A stretch of DNA of 61,477 nucleotides from Gammaproteobacteria bacterium (GCA_041589455.1 JBFHVQ010000006.1:1-61477); one strand, 5' to 3'. Positions 10,898 to 22,227 are shown, counted from the first letter of the stretch. The notes: generated by a model not told the origin, from the letters alone. A program made the numbers and translations.

Positions 10898-11933
10898 TCT
10901 GGCGTACCACTTCCATTGATTCAGCAATCATTCTAACGGTTGAACCTGGCACCTCACCAATTGCCGTCACATACCGCTCATTCACATAAGAACTGAAGGC
11001 ATTCACTGGCCCCATACTGGAAGCACCAATCATCGGCTTTTCAATTTTCTTCTGCTCAACAAATACCGATACCGAAGCCATACCATCGCTGTAAACCAGG
11101 TGATAGGCAGGTTGCGCATTGAGTCCCTGGGTTTTTACCGAGCGTTTAAGATTAAAACCAGCGGGTAGCTTCATTGCTTTCCAGCGTGCAGCAATCGGCG
11201 TATCTGCCTGCCTGAAGTTAAAGGTCCGATAATCGTCCAGTTCAGACATATCCAGCGGGCTTCTCGGCTCATCACCAAGCAGCTCTACATTACTATACAT
11301 CAGTTGTTCAAGCACTTTACCCTGTTGATCCAGCATATCGCACTTCAATAGAATACCGCTTTCACTATCTAGCCAGAAGACATAGCCATAACGATGTTGA
11401 TCCAGTGGTTTCATACGAATCACCTGGGCTCTTTTGTTGGCGATGCGTTCCTCACCAGCCAGTGACAACTGATAATGCTTTTTCAGTATACGACGATTCT
11501 CAGGCAGAATGGGATGCAACGGGGCTCGGCCCGATTCACCGGAAATGGTAATGAGCTTTTTAGCAGGGAATATACTGGTCACCTGGTCGTTTTGACGAAC
11601 AATCTTCTGCTGCTCGCCATTAAGTGACTCCAGCACCTGCCAGCTACCTTCCTCTGTTACACCCTGGTCAACCCTGATTGCCTGTAGTTTATTTTGCTGA
11701 CGAATAATCAGCGTACCGGTGAAGTTCTGCAGACGCGACGCCTGCGACATTTTATCCAGCCAGTGATCAACCGAGGCCGTGATCGCAGGTTCAGCCTGAA
11801 CCGTAGACACAGGTTGTAATAATGAAATGCTTCCTGAAGTCTGTTGCCCCGAACTATCGGTATCCGCAGACAGTGGTCTGAATAGACTCAGTAATAGAAG
11901 CAGACTCCCCAGGCATAGCCGACTCACGATCAT
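10890..11933 (-). CDS. rseB: Periplasmic sigma-E regulator RseB/MucB
   Basis: Signal peptide; DQHRYGY; YSDGMASVSVFVE; operon position. Confidence 0.9.
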   Translation of the reverse strand: MIVSRLCLGSLLLLLSLFRPLSADTDSSGQQTSGSISLLQPVSTVQAEPAITASVDHWLDKMSQASRLQNFTGTLIIRQQNKLQAIRVDQGVTEEGSWQVLESLNGEQQKIVRQNDQVTSIFPAKKLITISGESGRAPLHPILPENRRILKKHYQLSLAGEERIANKRAQVIRMKPLDQHRYGYVFWLDSESGILLKCDMLDQQGKVLEQLMYSNVELLGDEPRSPLDMSELDDYRTFNFRQADTPIAARWKAMKLPAGFNLKRSVKTQGLNAQPAYHLVYSDGMASVSVFVEQKKIEKPMIGASSMGPVNAFSSYVNERYVTAIGEVPGSTVRMIAESMEVVRQND

Positions 11934-11988
11934 GACGTTCTCAGTAACGTTTTTCTAAATTGCAATTGACGCCTCACAGATATTCGAC

Positions 11989-12621
11989 TTATTCAGTTTC
12001 CTGAGCCTTAAAGTCCGCAGCACGCACATAAGGCATCATGCCCTGCATAGTTGACTGGCTGGCATAACCAGAGTGCTGCATCATATAGCTGTTAAGCTGT
12101 TTCTGTTGTTCTACGGTTTTTTGCTGATCTACCGTTGACGCCACGCGAACGTGACGTGCGATTTCCGGGTTCACTTTTAACGGAGTCACTGACTGCACCA
12201 GTTGCGCCTCAGTCTCTGTTTCTCCCTGCTGTACAGTATTGAAAGTCACCACAGTCAACATGGCAACGGAAGCGGCAACCGCCGCACCGGCTAATGGTTT
12301 AAGCCAGCGGCTCAAAGCATCAGAAATAAGCAGCAGAGGATTGAAAGCCTGTGGTGACGACTCAGCAACTTCGCTAAGAGCCGGCTCCTGCTCAATGGCA
12401 CGGTGTACCGCTGCGCTAATATCCATAAACGAAGCCTGATTAAGCTCATCACGCATCGCATCACCCATCAATTGATAACGTTGTGCTGTCTCAGCATCAC
12501 TTAGCGGATCACGTTTTAGATCCTGCATGAAGTCATCCAGCTGATTTCTATCCAGTGCATTATCAAGTAGTGCGGATAATTGCTCTTCTCTTTTGATATC
12601 TGATTCATTCATTGTATGCAC
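11989..12621 (-). CDS. rseA: Anti-sigma-E factor RseA/MucA
   Basis: EQLSALLD, RYQLMGDAMR, TM AVAASVA, LNSYMMQH. Confidence 0.9.
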   Translation of the reverse strand: MHTMNESDIKREEQLSALLDNALDRNQLDDFMQDLKRDPLSDAETAQRYQLMGDAMRDELNQASFMDISAAVHRAIEQEPALSEVAESSPQAFNPLLLISDALSRWLKPLAGAAVAASVAMLTVVTFNTVQQGETETEAQLVQSVTPLKVNPEIARHVRVASTVDQQKTVEQQKQLNSYMMQHSGYASQSTMQGMMPYVRAADFKAQETE

Positions 12622-12628
12622 CTACACC

Positions 12629-13291
12629 TTAATCCTGACCATTAAGCAGCGGCTTTAGCTGATTATCGATGGTCTCTCGTGCTCTAAATATTCTTGAACG
12701 GACAGTCCCGATGGGACATTCCATCACCTCGGCGATCTCCTCATAACTTAAGCCTTCCATTTCACGAAGTGTAATGGCTTCTTTCAAATCAGACGGCAAG
12801 TCGCTAATGGTTCTATAAATAACTTGCTTAATCTCGGCTGCCAGCAGTTCTTTTTCTGGTGTTGCGTATTCTCGTAGCCAGTCACCGCTATCGTATTGCT
12901 CCGCATCCTGTGCATCAACGGCTGACTCTGTTGCACGACGCCCTGCTGACACCAGGTAATTTTTCGCTGTATTAATCGCAATGCGGTACAACCAGGTGTA
13001 AAAAGCACTATCACCACGGAAGTTTTTTAACGCACGGTAGGCCTTGATAAAGGCTTCCTGCGCCACATCCTGAACTTCATCGCTATTGCGAATAAAACGC
13101 GCCACCAGTTTAATGATACGATGCTGGTATTTTAGCACCAGAACATCAAATGCTTTTTTATCGCCCTGCTGCACTCTCTCAACCAGAGCCTGGTCGATTT
13201 CACGCTCGCTTGTTTGCGCTATATTGGTTGTTGACACATCCTGTGATGCATTACTCTGAGTCAATTTTTTTAAGCCATGGTTAGTTTGCAT
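12629..13291 (-). CDS. rpoE: ECF sigma factor RpoE/AlgU
   Basis: DQALVERVQQGDKKAF, FRGDSAFYTWLYRIAIN, CPIGTVRSRIFRARE. Start uncertain (13372, 13291, 13264 or 13237). Confidence 0.93.
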   Translation of the reverse strand: MQTNHGLKKLTQSNASQDVSTTNIAQTSEREIDQALVERVQQGDKKAFDVLVLKYQHRIIKLVARFIRNSDEVQDVAQEAFIKAYRALKNFRGDSAFYTWLYRIAINTAKNYLVSAGRRATESAVDAQDAEQYDSGDWLREYATPEKELLAAEIKQVIYRTISDLPSDLKEAITLREMEGLSYEEIAEVMECPIGTVRSRIFRARETIDNQLKPLLNGQD

Positions 13292-13401
13292 GGTTGGTTT
13301 AGGCGTGGTGACCGGAATTAGTGTAACATCACGTCCAAAAGCTGACACAATACCTGATTCGATTACTGACATAAAGACTCAACCCTGGTTATTAAAGAAG
13401 A

Positions 13402-15018
13402 ATGTCCAATAAGATGAGTAATAGACAATCCTTTCGCCACGAAGTTCTCATAATTGGTGGTGGCGCAGCTGGATTAAGTCTGGCACTGAATCTGCCGTCC
13501 ACCATGAAAGTGGCTGTGATCACCAAGGAACGGGACACAGAAGGTAGCACCTACTATGCACAGGGCGGGATTTCAGCGGTATTACGGGATGAAGATTCTT
13601 TTGAATCCCATATCCAGGATACCCTGAATGCCGGCGGCGGCCTGTGCGATGAAACATCGGTACGCTATACCGTTGAGAATGGCCCTGATTCCATCGACTG
13701 GCTGTCGAGCCTTGGTGTGCCATTTACTACAGACAAACATGCTAATGGCCGTAAAACCTGGCATTTAACCCGAGAAGGCGGACACAGCCATCGCCGCGTA
13801 ATCCATGCTGCAGATGCCACTGGTAAAGCGCTGGAAACTACCCTGATCAACCATGCCCGTCATAGCGGCAATATCGAAATATTCCAGCACCATATCGCGG
13901 TTGACCTGATTACCGGCAAAAAGCTGGGGTTATCCCATGACCGCTGTATCGGCGCCTATGTCCTCGATAAGGAACAACAGCGTGTCGAAACGTTTCAGGC
14001 TCGCTATGTGATTCTGGCATCTGGCGGTGCCAGTAAGGTGTATCTCTATACTTCGAATCCTGATGGCTCAACTGGAGACGGCATCGCCATGGCCTGGCGT
14101 GCTGGCTGCCGGGTTGCCAATATGGAATTCATGCAATTCCACCCGACCTGTCTGTACCACCCGGATGCCAAGTCATTTCTATTGACCGAGGCCCTAAGGG
14201 GAGAAGGTGGTCACCTGCTGCTACCCGATGGCCATCGTTTTATGAAAGACTTCGATAAGCGGGCTGAGCTGGCACCCCGTGATATCGTCGCCCGGGCCAT
14301 CGACCATGAAATGAAGCGCCTGGGTGTGGACTGCCTGTATCTGGATATTAGCCATAAGCCAGCGGCCTTTATTCGCTCACACTTTCCAACCATATACGCC
14401 AAATGCCTCGAATATGGCTTCGACCTGACCAAACAGCCCGTACCGGTCGTTCCCGCAGCACATTACACCTGCGGTGGTATTATGACCAACCTGAATGGAC
14501 AGACCGATATCGAGAACCTCTACGCAATCGGTGAAACTGCCTTTACCGGACTGCATGGTGCTAACCGCATGGCCAGCAATTCATTACTCGAATGCCTGGT
14601 GTTTGCTCGCGCCGCGGCAAAACACATTACCGAATCTTCAGGTACGTCTCATCAATGGGACACCATCAAAGACTGGGATGAAAGCCGTGTCACTAACTCC
14701 GATGAAGAAGTCGTGGTATCCCATAACTGGGACGAGCTACGCCGCTTTATGTGGGACTATGTTGGCATCGTACGCACCGACAAACGCCTGCGACGCGCGA
14801 AACGCCGTGTTGACCTGCTACTACTGGAAATCGAGGAATACTACGGTAACTTCCGGGTGACCGCTGACCTGCTCGAACTAAGAAACCTGGCAGTAGTTGC
14901 CGACCTGATTATTCGTTGCGCCCAACAACGCAAGGAAAGCCGCGGACTGCACTACACACTGGACTACCCAGAACAGAGCAATAAGCCCCCTGTAAACACC
15001 ATTTTAAAGCCTGAATAA
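13402..15018 (+). CDS. nadB: L-aspartate oxidase
   Basis: [30 protein letters not shown]; divergent from rpoE as is usual. Confidence 0.96.
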   Translation: MSNKMSNRQSFRHEVLIIGGGAAGLSLALNLPSTMKVAVITKERDTEGSTYYAQGGISAVLRDEDSFESHIQDTLNAGGGLCDETSVRYTVENGPDSIDWLSSLGVPFTTDKHANGRKTWHLTREGGHSHRRVIHAADATGKALETTLINHARHSGNIEIFQHHIAVDLITGKKLGLSHDRCIGAYVLDKEQQRVETFQARYVILASGGASKVYLYTSNPDGSTGDGIAMAWRAGCRVANMEFMQFHPTCLYHPDAKSFLLTEALRGEGGHLLLPDGHRFMKDFDKRAELAPRDIVARAIDHEMKRLGVDCLYLDISHKPAAFIRSHFPTIYAKCLEYGFDLTKQPVPVVPAAHYTCGGIMTNLNGQTDIENLYAIGETAFTGLHGANRMASNSLLECLVFARAAAKHITESSGTSHQWDTIKDWDESRVTNSDEEVVVSHNWDELRRFMWDYVGIVRTDKRLRRAKRRVDLLLLEIEEYYGNFRVTADLLELRNLAVVADLIIRCAQQRKESRGLHYTLDYPEQSNKPPVNTILKPE

Positions 15019-15019
15019 T

Positions 15020-15856
15020 ATGTCTGAACCTCTTCCTTTGGTGATTGAACCCGAGACGTTAAAACCGCTGCTAAATGACAGCAATGTCGTACTGGTCGAT
15101 CTTTCCACTCACCATCAGTATGTGCAGGCACACATACCCGGTGCTGTATTTCTGGACTATGCCCATATCGTTGGCATGAACCGCCCCTACACTGGACTAC
15201 TTCCCGATGAGGAGGCTTTTGCCCACATTCTCAATTCACTGGGCATACAGCCCGATACACAAATAGTGGCCTATGATGAAGAAGGTGGTGGCAAGGCGGC
15301 CAGACTTATCTGGACACTACATGCCATGGGCCATCAACAGGCTAGCCTGCTAAATGGCGGCTTAATTGCCTGGTATCGTGAACAGCACCCATTAAGTAAT
15401 GAACAGGTCAGCAGCCAGCCCAATCCATCGGACAAACAATACCTGGTTAGTTTTGAAGGTGCCAGTGTGGTTGCCGACACCCAGTACATTAAAGACAATC
15501 TGGATAACCCGCAGACCGCCCTGTTAGACGCTCGTAGTCTGGAAGAATACAACGGAACTGCACGCTATGCACAACGCCAGGGACGCATACCCGGCGCGGC
15601 ACACTTCGAATGGACCCGCGCCATGGATGCAGATGCGAATTACCGTTTACTCTCAGCAGAGAGTTTACAGCCAATGCTGGATGCGCTAGGCCTAAGTGCG
15701 GATAAGGAAGTTATTGTCTATTGCCAGAGTCATCATCGCTCAGCGCTGTCTTACCTTATGCTGAAATATCTGGGCTATGAAAAGGTACGCGGCTACCCCG
15801 GTTCCTGGAGCGAATGGGGCAACCGGGACGATACACCTATCGAAATAATCCCCTAG
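15020..15856 (+). CDS. rhdA: Two-domain thiosulfate sulfurtransferase (RhdA type)
   Basis: HIPGA, active-site loop YCQSHHRS, C-terminal YPGSWSEW. Confidence 0.85.
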   Translation: MSEPLPLVIEPETLKPLLNDSNVVLVDLSTHHQYVQAHIPGAVFLDYAHIVGMNRPYTGLLPDEEAFAHILNSLGIQPDTQIVAYDEEGGGKAARLIWTLHAMGHQQASLLNGGLIAWYREQHPLSNEQVSSQPNPSDKQYLVSFEGASVVADTQYIKDNLDNPQTALLDARSLEEYNGTARYAQRQGRIPGAAHFEWTRAMDADANYRLLSAESLQPMLDALGLSADKEVIVYCQSHHRSALSYLMLKYLGYEKVRGYPGSWSEWGNRDDTPIEIIP

Positions 15857-16401
15857 ATTTTAAGTGCATGCTCGCGATAATAGATAAGCTCGTTAATGGA
15901 ATCCTTAATATCATCCATCGCCAGATGGGATGACTCCTTATTGAAGCCTTTATATACCTCAGGGGACCAGCGACGTGTCAGTTCCTTGATTGTACTGACA
16001 TCCAGGTTCCGGTAATGGAAAAATTCTTCCAGTTGCGGCATATAGTTAGCAAGAAAGCGACGATCCTGGCAGATGCTATTGCCACACATAGGGGAAGCGC
16101 CTGCAGGCACATACTGCTGTAAAAACTCAATGGTCTGCTTTTCAGCCATCGCCTCATTCATCGTACTGTCTTTTACCCGCTGGGTCAGGCCTGACTTACC
16201 ATGCTGAGTCGTACACCACTCATCCATACCATTCAGAATCTCATCACTCTGATGAACCGCCAGCATCGGGCCTTCGGCTAGAATATTCAGGTCTTTATCG
16301 GTGACGATAGTGGCAATCTCGATAATTAGATCTGTTTTCGGTTCGAGGCCTGTCATCTCAAGATCAATCCAGATCAGATTATTCGAGTCTGGCTGTGGCA
16401 T
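15853..16401 (-). CDS. orn: Oligoribonuclease
   Basis: [29 protein letters not shown]. Confidence 0.97.
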   Translation of the reverse strand: MPQPDSNNLIWIDLEMTGLEPKTDLIIEIATIVTDKDLNILAEGPMLAVHQSDEILNGMDEWCTTQHGKSGLTQRVKDSTMNEAMAEKQTIEFLQQYVPAGASPMCGNSICQDRRFLANYMPQLEEFFHYRNLDVSTIKELTRRWSPEVYKGFNKESSHLAMDDIKDSINELIYYREHALKI

Positions 16402-16493
16402 AGTAAGCTCCCGTTTTTCTTAAAAATACACAGTAGAACATTTTAGTCAGAAAAGCGATAATCTACTAACCCCATTATTAAACAGGATGATTA

Positions 16494-17732
16494 ATGCACA
16501 CTTTTGCAGTTGTTTTTCTAGCCTTCTTTATACTCTCTATCGTGGTTAAGCTATGGCTCGCTCAACGCCATCTGACTCATATTCACAAGCATCGCGCTCA
16601 GGTACCTGAGGCATTCCAGGAAAAAATTTCACTCGAAGAGCACCAGAAAGCCGCTGATTACACCACCGCAAAAGTCACTTTTGGCCGTTGGCCACTGTTA
16701 TATGATGCCGGCGTTCTACTGGTATGGACCTTCGGCGGCGGGCTTGAAATGCTTGATCAAACTGCACGCGGCTTCGAACTATCCGCTATCTCCACCGGCA
16801 TCCTGGTAATTTTCAGTATGATGATCATCTCTGCCCTGCTGGATTTACCGTTCTCAATTTACAGCACCTTTGTGATTGAAGAAAAGTTTGGCTTTAACCG
16901 AACCACTGCCAACACCTTTATTGTTGATATGTTAAAAGGTGCACTACTAGCTGCCATTCTGGGCATTCCCCTGATCTGGGTTGTGCTGTGGTTAATGGAA
17001 CAGGCCGGTGAACTCTGGTGGATTTATACCTGGGCGGTATGGACCGGCTTCAGCCTGTTTATCGCCTGGGCTTATCCCACCTGGATTGCCCCCATCTTTA
17101 ATAAATTTTCACCGATGGAAGAAGGCGACACCTTAAATCGCATCAAGAGCCTGCTAAGCCGTTGTGGCTTTAACAGCGACGGCGTGTTTGTGATTGACGG
17201 TTCAAAACGCTCCAGCCACGGTAATGCCTACTTCTCTGGTTTTGGTAAAAACAAACGCATTGTATTTTATGACACGCTGCTGGAATCACTTAGCGATGAC
17301 GAACTGGAAGCGGTACTGGCTCACGAACTAGGTCACTTCAAACGTAAACACATCGTCAAAGGCATGGCGATCACTATCGTCACAACACTGATCGGCCTGG
17401 GCATTCTGGCCTGGTTAATGAAAGCGGAGTGGTTTTATACGGCACTCGGTGTGAGCACACCGTCGACTTACATGGCATTGCTATTATTTACCATCGTTAT
17501 GCCAGTATTTACCTTCCTGCTAAGTCCGTTAATGAGCATGTTCTCACGCAAAAACGAATTTGAAGCAGATGAGTTTGCCGCACAGAATTCCGATGCACAG
17601 TTTTTAATACAGGCGCTGGTTAATCTGTATAAAGAAAATGCCAGCACCCTGACACCGGACCCACTGTATTCCAGTTTTTATGATAGTCACCCTCCCGCGC
17701 CGGTACGCATTGCGCACCTGGCCAAACAGTAA
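16494..17732 (+). CDS. M48 (Ste24-like) membrane zinc protease
   Basis: Multiple TMs, HELGH, EFEAD, HPP. Confidence 0.92.
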   Translation: MHTFAVVFLAFFILSIVVKLWLAQRHLTHIHKHRAQVPEAFQEKISLEEHQKAADYTTAKVTFGRWPLLYDAGVLLVWTFGGGLEMLDQTARGFELSAISTGILVIFSMMIISALLDLPFSIYSTFVIEEKFGFNRTTANTFIVDMLKGALLAAILGIPLIWVVLWLMEQAGELWWIYTWAVWTGFSLFIAWAYPTWIAPIFNKFSPMEEGDTLNRIKSLLSRCGFNSDGVFVIDGSKRSSHGNAYFSGFGKNKRIVFYDTLLESLSDDELEAVLAHELGHFKRKHIVKGMAITIVTTLIGLGILAWLMKAEWFYTALGVSTPSTYMALLLFTIVMPVFTFLLSPLMSMFSRKNEFEADEFAAQNSDAQFLIQALVNLYKENASTLTPDPLYSSFYDSHPPAPVRIAHLAKQ

Positions 17733-17735
17733 GAG

Positions 17736-18074
17736 ATGAACACAATGAAAAACATAATGATTCTAGCGGCACTGACCTTAAGCACCATCGCCTGTGCTGA
17801 AGATAAAACTACCGCACAAGCGCCCGAACAGAAACAGGCTGTTACTCAGGTCGCTACCGGCACCCATTACCAGGGTGAAAACCTGCATAATGATAAATGC
17901 ACCAGCTGTCACCGTGATGAAGTTTATACACGTGAAGATCGTATGGTACGTACCATGGCTGCGCTGGAAAACCAGGTCAGTAACTGTATGACCGGTGCTG
18001 CAAAAGCCGAATGGACGCCCAGCGAAACCTCCTCAGTAATCGAGTTTCTTAACGACCGTTACTACAAATTCTAG
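17736..18074 (+). CDS. Small exported monoheme cytochrome c with an extra Cys (green-heme-protein-like)
   Basis: Signal peptide, CTSCH heme motif, QVSNC, C-terminal FLNDRYYKF. Confidence 0.75.
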   Translation: MNTMKNIMILAALTLSTIACAEDKTTAQAPEQKQAVTQVATGTHYQGENLHNDKCTSCHRDEVYTREDRMVRTMAALENQVSNCMTGAAKAEWTPSETSSVIEFLNDRYYKF

Positions 18075-18133
18075 GATTATTATTGATGAGTTTAATTTAC
18101 GCCGTTTTCCCATTAAAGGATACTCTCTGAGTT

Positions 18134-19144
18134 ATGGCAAAACGGCGTATCAGTGACCAGCAGAAAAGGCGCATAAAAAACATTCAGCAGAAGCGTCGAG
18201 AAAAATCCGCAAAAAACCAGCAGGCGCGTAGCGACGAAATTTCCAGTCATGGCCTGGGTGCAGAACAACCCGGTCTGGTTATTACTAACTACGGCCAAAC
18301 CCTGCTGATAGAAGACCAGAAAGGTAATTTATTTCGCTGTGTCGCCAGACAGAACCTCGGCTCCATTGTCTGTGGAGACAATGTTATCTGGCAACCTAGC
18401 ATTAATCAGGATGGTGTCATCATTGCCATAGAAGAACGTGAGTCACTGTTACAGAAACCGGGTTTTGGTGGCAAGCTTAAAGCGATGGCGGCCAATATTA
18501 ACCAGATCGTCATTACCTCTGCAGTGCAACCTGCACCAAACCCATATTTAATAGATCGTTACCTGATCGCCGCAGAAAATCTGCCGGCCACGCCGATTAT
18601 TTTACTCAATAAGATTGACCTGGTGGATGACTCTAATCGTGACCATATTGAAAAACTGATTAGCGATTATCGATCCATTGGCTATCAGGTGATAACTGCC
18701 AGCAAAGTACTGGATCATGGTTTTGATGATTTAATGGAGTCACTCAAAACACACACCAGTATCTTTGTCGGTTTATCAGGTGTTGGTAAATCATCATTAA
18801 TCAACCAGCTACTACCCGAGCTGAATATTCGAGTTGGTGAATTATCTGAAGCCAGTGGCGAAGGCACTCACACTACCACCAGCTCAACCCTGTATCACCT
18901 GCCCTGCGGCGGCAACCTGATTGACTCACCGGGAGTGCGTGATTTTGGTTTATGGAACATTTCAGAAGACGATATACTACATGGTTTTATTGAGCTACGA
19001 GAAGACATAGGCCATTGCAAGTTTTCCAACTGCAGTCACCAGCAGGAACCAGGCTGTGCAATCCAGCAGGCCCTGTCCGAAGGCAAAATTTCACAGCAAC
19101 GCTTCAGTAATTACCAGAAAATTTTACACGAATATACAGAATAA
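18134..19144 (+). CDS. rsgA: Small-subunit biogenesis GTPase RsgA
   Basis: NKID, GLSGVGKSS, DSPGVR, Zn finger CKFSNCSHQQEPGC. Confidence 0.96.
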   Translation: MAKRRISDQQKRRIKNIQQKRREKSAKNQQARSDEISSHGLGAEQPGLVITNYGQTLLIEDQKGNLFRCVARQNLGSIVCGDNVIWQPSINQDGVIIAIEERESLLQKPGFGGKLKAMAANINQIVITSAVQPAPNPYLIDRYLIAAENLPATPIILLNKIDLVDDSNRDHIEKLISDYRSIGYQVITASKVLDHGFDDLMESLKTHTSIFVGLSGVGKSSLINQLLPELNIRVGELSEASGEGTHTTTSSTLYHLPCGGNLIDSPGVRDFGLWNISEDDILHGFIELREDIGHCKFSNCSHQQEPGCAIQQALSEGKISQQRFSNYQKILHEYTE

Positions 19145-19266
19145 ACACCCCACAACAAGAGCTGATCAGATCAATTCAAACTAGCACTGGTAAAACTGAT
19201 ATACAACCGCATAGCTTCTTTGAGTGGACAGAATCTCTACTCATTGCCTTTTCAACCATTATGCTT

Positions 19267-19308
19267 TTGATTAACATCAAATTGCGAGTTACTATTAGGC
19301 CGTATATT
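19267..19308 (+). promoter_or_regulatory. FNR/ANR box with class II promoter geometry
   Basis: Perfect TTGAT-TAAC-ATCAA at 19267-80. TATATT at 19303-08 is exactly the -12..-7 position if the box is centred at -41.5. Confidence 0.65.
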
Positions 19309-19591
19309 GAAAATATTACAATTAATTTAATGATAAGCAGTCATTTGCCTGCATTATACCCATATAAATTATATAAAATTTATCCTCAATCATAATGAGC
19401 AAGATACACTTATATGTGTAAAAAAGGTTATTGATCACTTTTTATTTACTCGTTAAATTACACACAGTAACAAAGCATCTTGTTGAAACAAATTTCGACA
19501 GACTAAACTATGTTTTGATATATTATAATCCGAATGTTGAAACCACATCAGACTGGCATATTGAGCCAGTGGATCATACAGGGTATACCGA

Positions 19592-20152
19592 ATGAAAAAG
19601 ATAGCCAGTGACCTGAAGCGCATGTTTGCCGCCCTGACTTATGAGGATGCATGCGAAAATATGTCTCTTCGAAATAAGAAAGAATTTTTAGGCGCTGGTC
19701 ATGTACCCACCCATACACCGGTACATTCGTCCATACATTCAACGGTTACCGAAGTCACTTTACACGAAAAAAACCATCCACAAGCTGCCGTTATATTTGA
19801 TGGCCATGCCTCAGATCAGGTGATGAAATATATTTTGAACACACCTTATATTTTCAACACTGAAGTCATTATACTGGCACATGGGCAGGATCCTGAGCTT
19901 GAGCAGAAAGTCATCTCGTTAAGCTCCCACTTAACAGAAGCCGGACGAGAACACAGTGTCGCCTACTTACTACAAGATATGGAAGATGCTTTTCAGGAAT
20001 TCTGCAATAACAATCCAGATTTACAATTTCTGGTATCACCGAAAGATGACCTGCTCGCCAAAGAAATTATTCATAACCCAGAATTCCATAGCCACTCTCA
20101 TGAAATACCACTTATTCTGATACAGGATAGTGAGCGCAAAGCCTCTACATAA
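19592..20152 (+). CDS. Hypothetical His-rich protein, possibly universal-stress-protein-like fold
   Basis: 186 aa ORF with alternating beta/alpha pattern (AAVIFDG, VIILAH, IPLILI) and His clusters. Confidence 0.6.
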   Translation: MKKIASDLKRMFAALTYEDACENMSLRNKKEFLGAGHVPTHTPVHSSIHSTVTEVTLHEKNHPQAAVIFDGHASDQVMKYILNTPYIFNTEVIILAHGQDPELEQKVISLSSHLTEAGREHSVAYLLQDMEDAFQEFCNNNPDLQFLVSPKDDLLAKEIIHNPEFHSHSHEIPLILIQDSERKAST

Positions 20153-20231
20153 TCCATCAAAATAAAATTTCTACAGCTAATCTATTTAATTTCAGAACAA
20201 ACTTACATCAGAGTTAATTCATCGATATTAT

Positions 20232-21683
20232 TCAATTTAAATCAAACACCAGTGACAGGTAATACATTACAAATAATGTCACCAGCAAACTACCGATAAT
20301 ATTTAACCAGAAACCAGTGCGTGCCATTTGTGGAATGGTGAACATGCGGCTACTAAATGCAATCGCATTAGGTGGTGTTGCCACAGGCAACATAAAGGCG
20401 AATGAAGCAGCCATTGCCGTTGCCACCATAAGTAACATAGGATGAAGTTGTATCGCCAGTGCAAACGCCCCCATCACCGGCAACAACAACGAAGCGGTAG
20501 CCGTATTGGATGTCACCTCGGTCAGAAAAATCACAAATAATACAGTCACTAATACGATCACAATCAATGGATAATACTGAACACTAGTGAGCTGCTGCGC
20601 CATCCACTCTGTCAGACCACTCTGACTAAATCCACCGGCTAGTGCAAAACCACCACCAAATAAAATAATAATATCCCAGGGCAGTTTACGGGTCGTTTCC
20701 CAGTCGAGTAGAAACTGTCCCTGTTTCAGGTCAGCTGGAATCACAAACAACAGGATAGCGCCGGTAATAGCAATGCCGGTATCACCCAGCAGATTAAGCA
20801 AAGGGATATCAAACAGGCCGCGCGCAATCCAGCTAACCGCAACCAGACAAAACACCAGCAGCACTTTCTTCTCTGTGGTACTTATTGGGCCCAGGCGCTG
20901 TAGCTGTTGCTGTATCACTTCTCGCCCACCGGGAAGCTCATTAAACTCTGGCTTATAGGCAACAAACACCAGATAACCCCAGCAAATAAATAGAAAAATA
21001 ACAGACAAAGGAGCTGCATATATCATCCACTGGAGAAAACCAATCTCGATGTTATAAGTCGATTCAATCACACCGGCCAGTATCGCGTTTGGCGGCGTAC
21101 CAATCAGTGTTGCTACTCCCCCAATGGATGCGGCATAGGCAATACCCAGCATTAAGGATGTGGTAAACGGCGTTTTAACTTCACCTTCAGGCTGAACCTG
21201 CCGCGCCACAGCGAGCCCGATGGTCACCATCATCATCGCAGTGGCGGTATTACTAATCCATGCAGATAAAAACGCGGTCGCCAGCATAAAGCCAAGTATA
21301 ATACGTCGTGATGACACGCCCACCAGTAAAATAGTGAGTAGCGCAATACGTTTATGCAGATTCCATTTTTCAATTGCTAGCGCAATCAGAAAACCACCTA
21401 AAAAAAGAAAAATAAGTGGATGCGCATAAAACCTTGTGACTTCCTTTATGGGCACTATTTCAAGCAATGGAAAGAGTATAATGGGCAATAAAGCTGTAAC
21501 CGGAATAGGAACTGCCTCAGTAATCCACAATACCGCCATCAGAATAGCAACCGCTGCCACTGACATTCCCTGAGCCGGCATAGATTCCGGTTGAGGCAGT
21601 AATAGCATGATCAAAAATAACAGCGGCCCTGCAATAATTCCGATAAACGGGCGAAATGCTGCAGAATGTAATAAGCTGTGCAA
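20232..21683 (-). CDS. DASS/SLC13 Na+-coupled dicarboxylate/anion symporter
   Basis: Two SNTAT motifs, GTPPN, LPVATPPN and many TMs; TTG start. Confidence 0.92.
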   Translation of the reverse strand: MHSLLHSAAFRPFIGIIAGPLLFLIMLLLPQPESMPAQGMSVAAVAILMAVLWITEAVPIPVTALLPIILFPLLEIVPIKEVTRFYAHPLIFLFLGGFLIALAIEKWNLHKRIALLTILLVGVSSRRIILGFMLATAFLSAWISNTATAMMMVTIGLAVARQVQPEGEVKTPFTTSLMLGIAYAASIGGVATLIGTPPNAILAGVIESTYNIEIGFLQWMIYAAPLSVIFLFICWGYLVFVAYKPEFNELPGGREVIQQQLQRLGPISTTEKKVLLVFCLVAVSWIARGLFDIPLLNLLGDTGIAITGAILLFVIPADLKQGQFLLDWETTRKLPWDIIILFGGGFALAGGFSQSGLTEWMAQQLTSVQYYPLIVIVLVTVLFVIFLTEVTSNTATASLLLPVMGAFALAIQLHPMLLMVATAMAASFAFMLPVATPPNAIAFSSRMFTIPQMARTGFWLNIIGSLLVTLFVMYYLSLVFDLN

Positions 21684-22227
21684 ATCAGGTTACTCCAAAG
21701 CGTGAACGGATTATGAACTATGATTTTTTATCATTATACATAATGCTTTATGTCTGGTGGTGATAGATAGTTATGTATTTATTCTGTGTTTATTCAACCC
21801 GCGTATTAAATGGTTTATAGAAGCATTCGGGAGTGACGGCTTAAAAATAAAATCCGCTGAGTGATAGCTAAAATATAACTTTAGATGGATAACGGATTGG
21901 ATATAACTTTCGGTGAATATCGACTTAAATATTCATTTCGGTAGATGACAAGCTTAATTATAAATATTGAGAACAACGAAGATTTCTTATTCCTTATTGC
22001 TGTGTGATTCTGCCGAAAATCAATCAGGCATGAGAGGTAACACTACACGAGTGTCTATCAGATCTGATGAAGTAAAACTAACTACAATTAGCCAACACCA
22101 GGCATACAAACACGTGATGACATTGAGGAACATATAAACTATAGCGTTTTATTAGCGTTTAGTGTTATTCACCAGCATGGTTAGTACTTACGCTAATAAA
22201 GCAATTCAGTGAAAATATTTATTCCGA

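Noticed and set aside
21684-22227. 545-bp spacer with a few GGA motifs (possible Csr/Rsm sRNA) and a repeated ATATAACTTT
   Set aside because: Too few GGA motifs, not in regular stem-loops, and no clear terminator.
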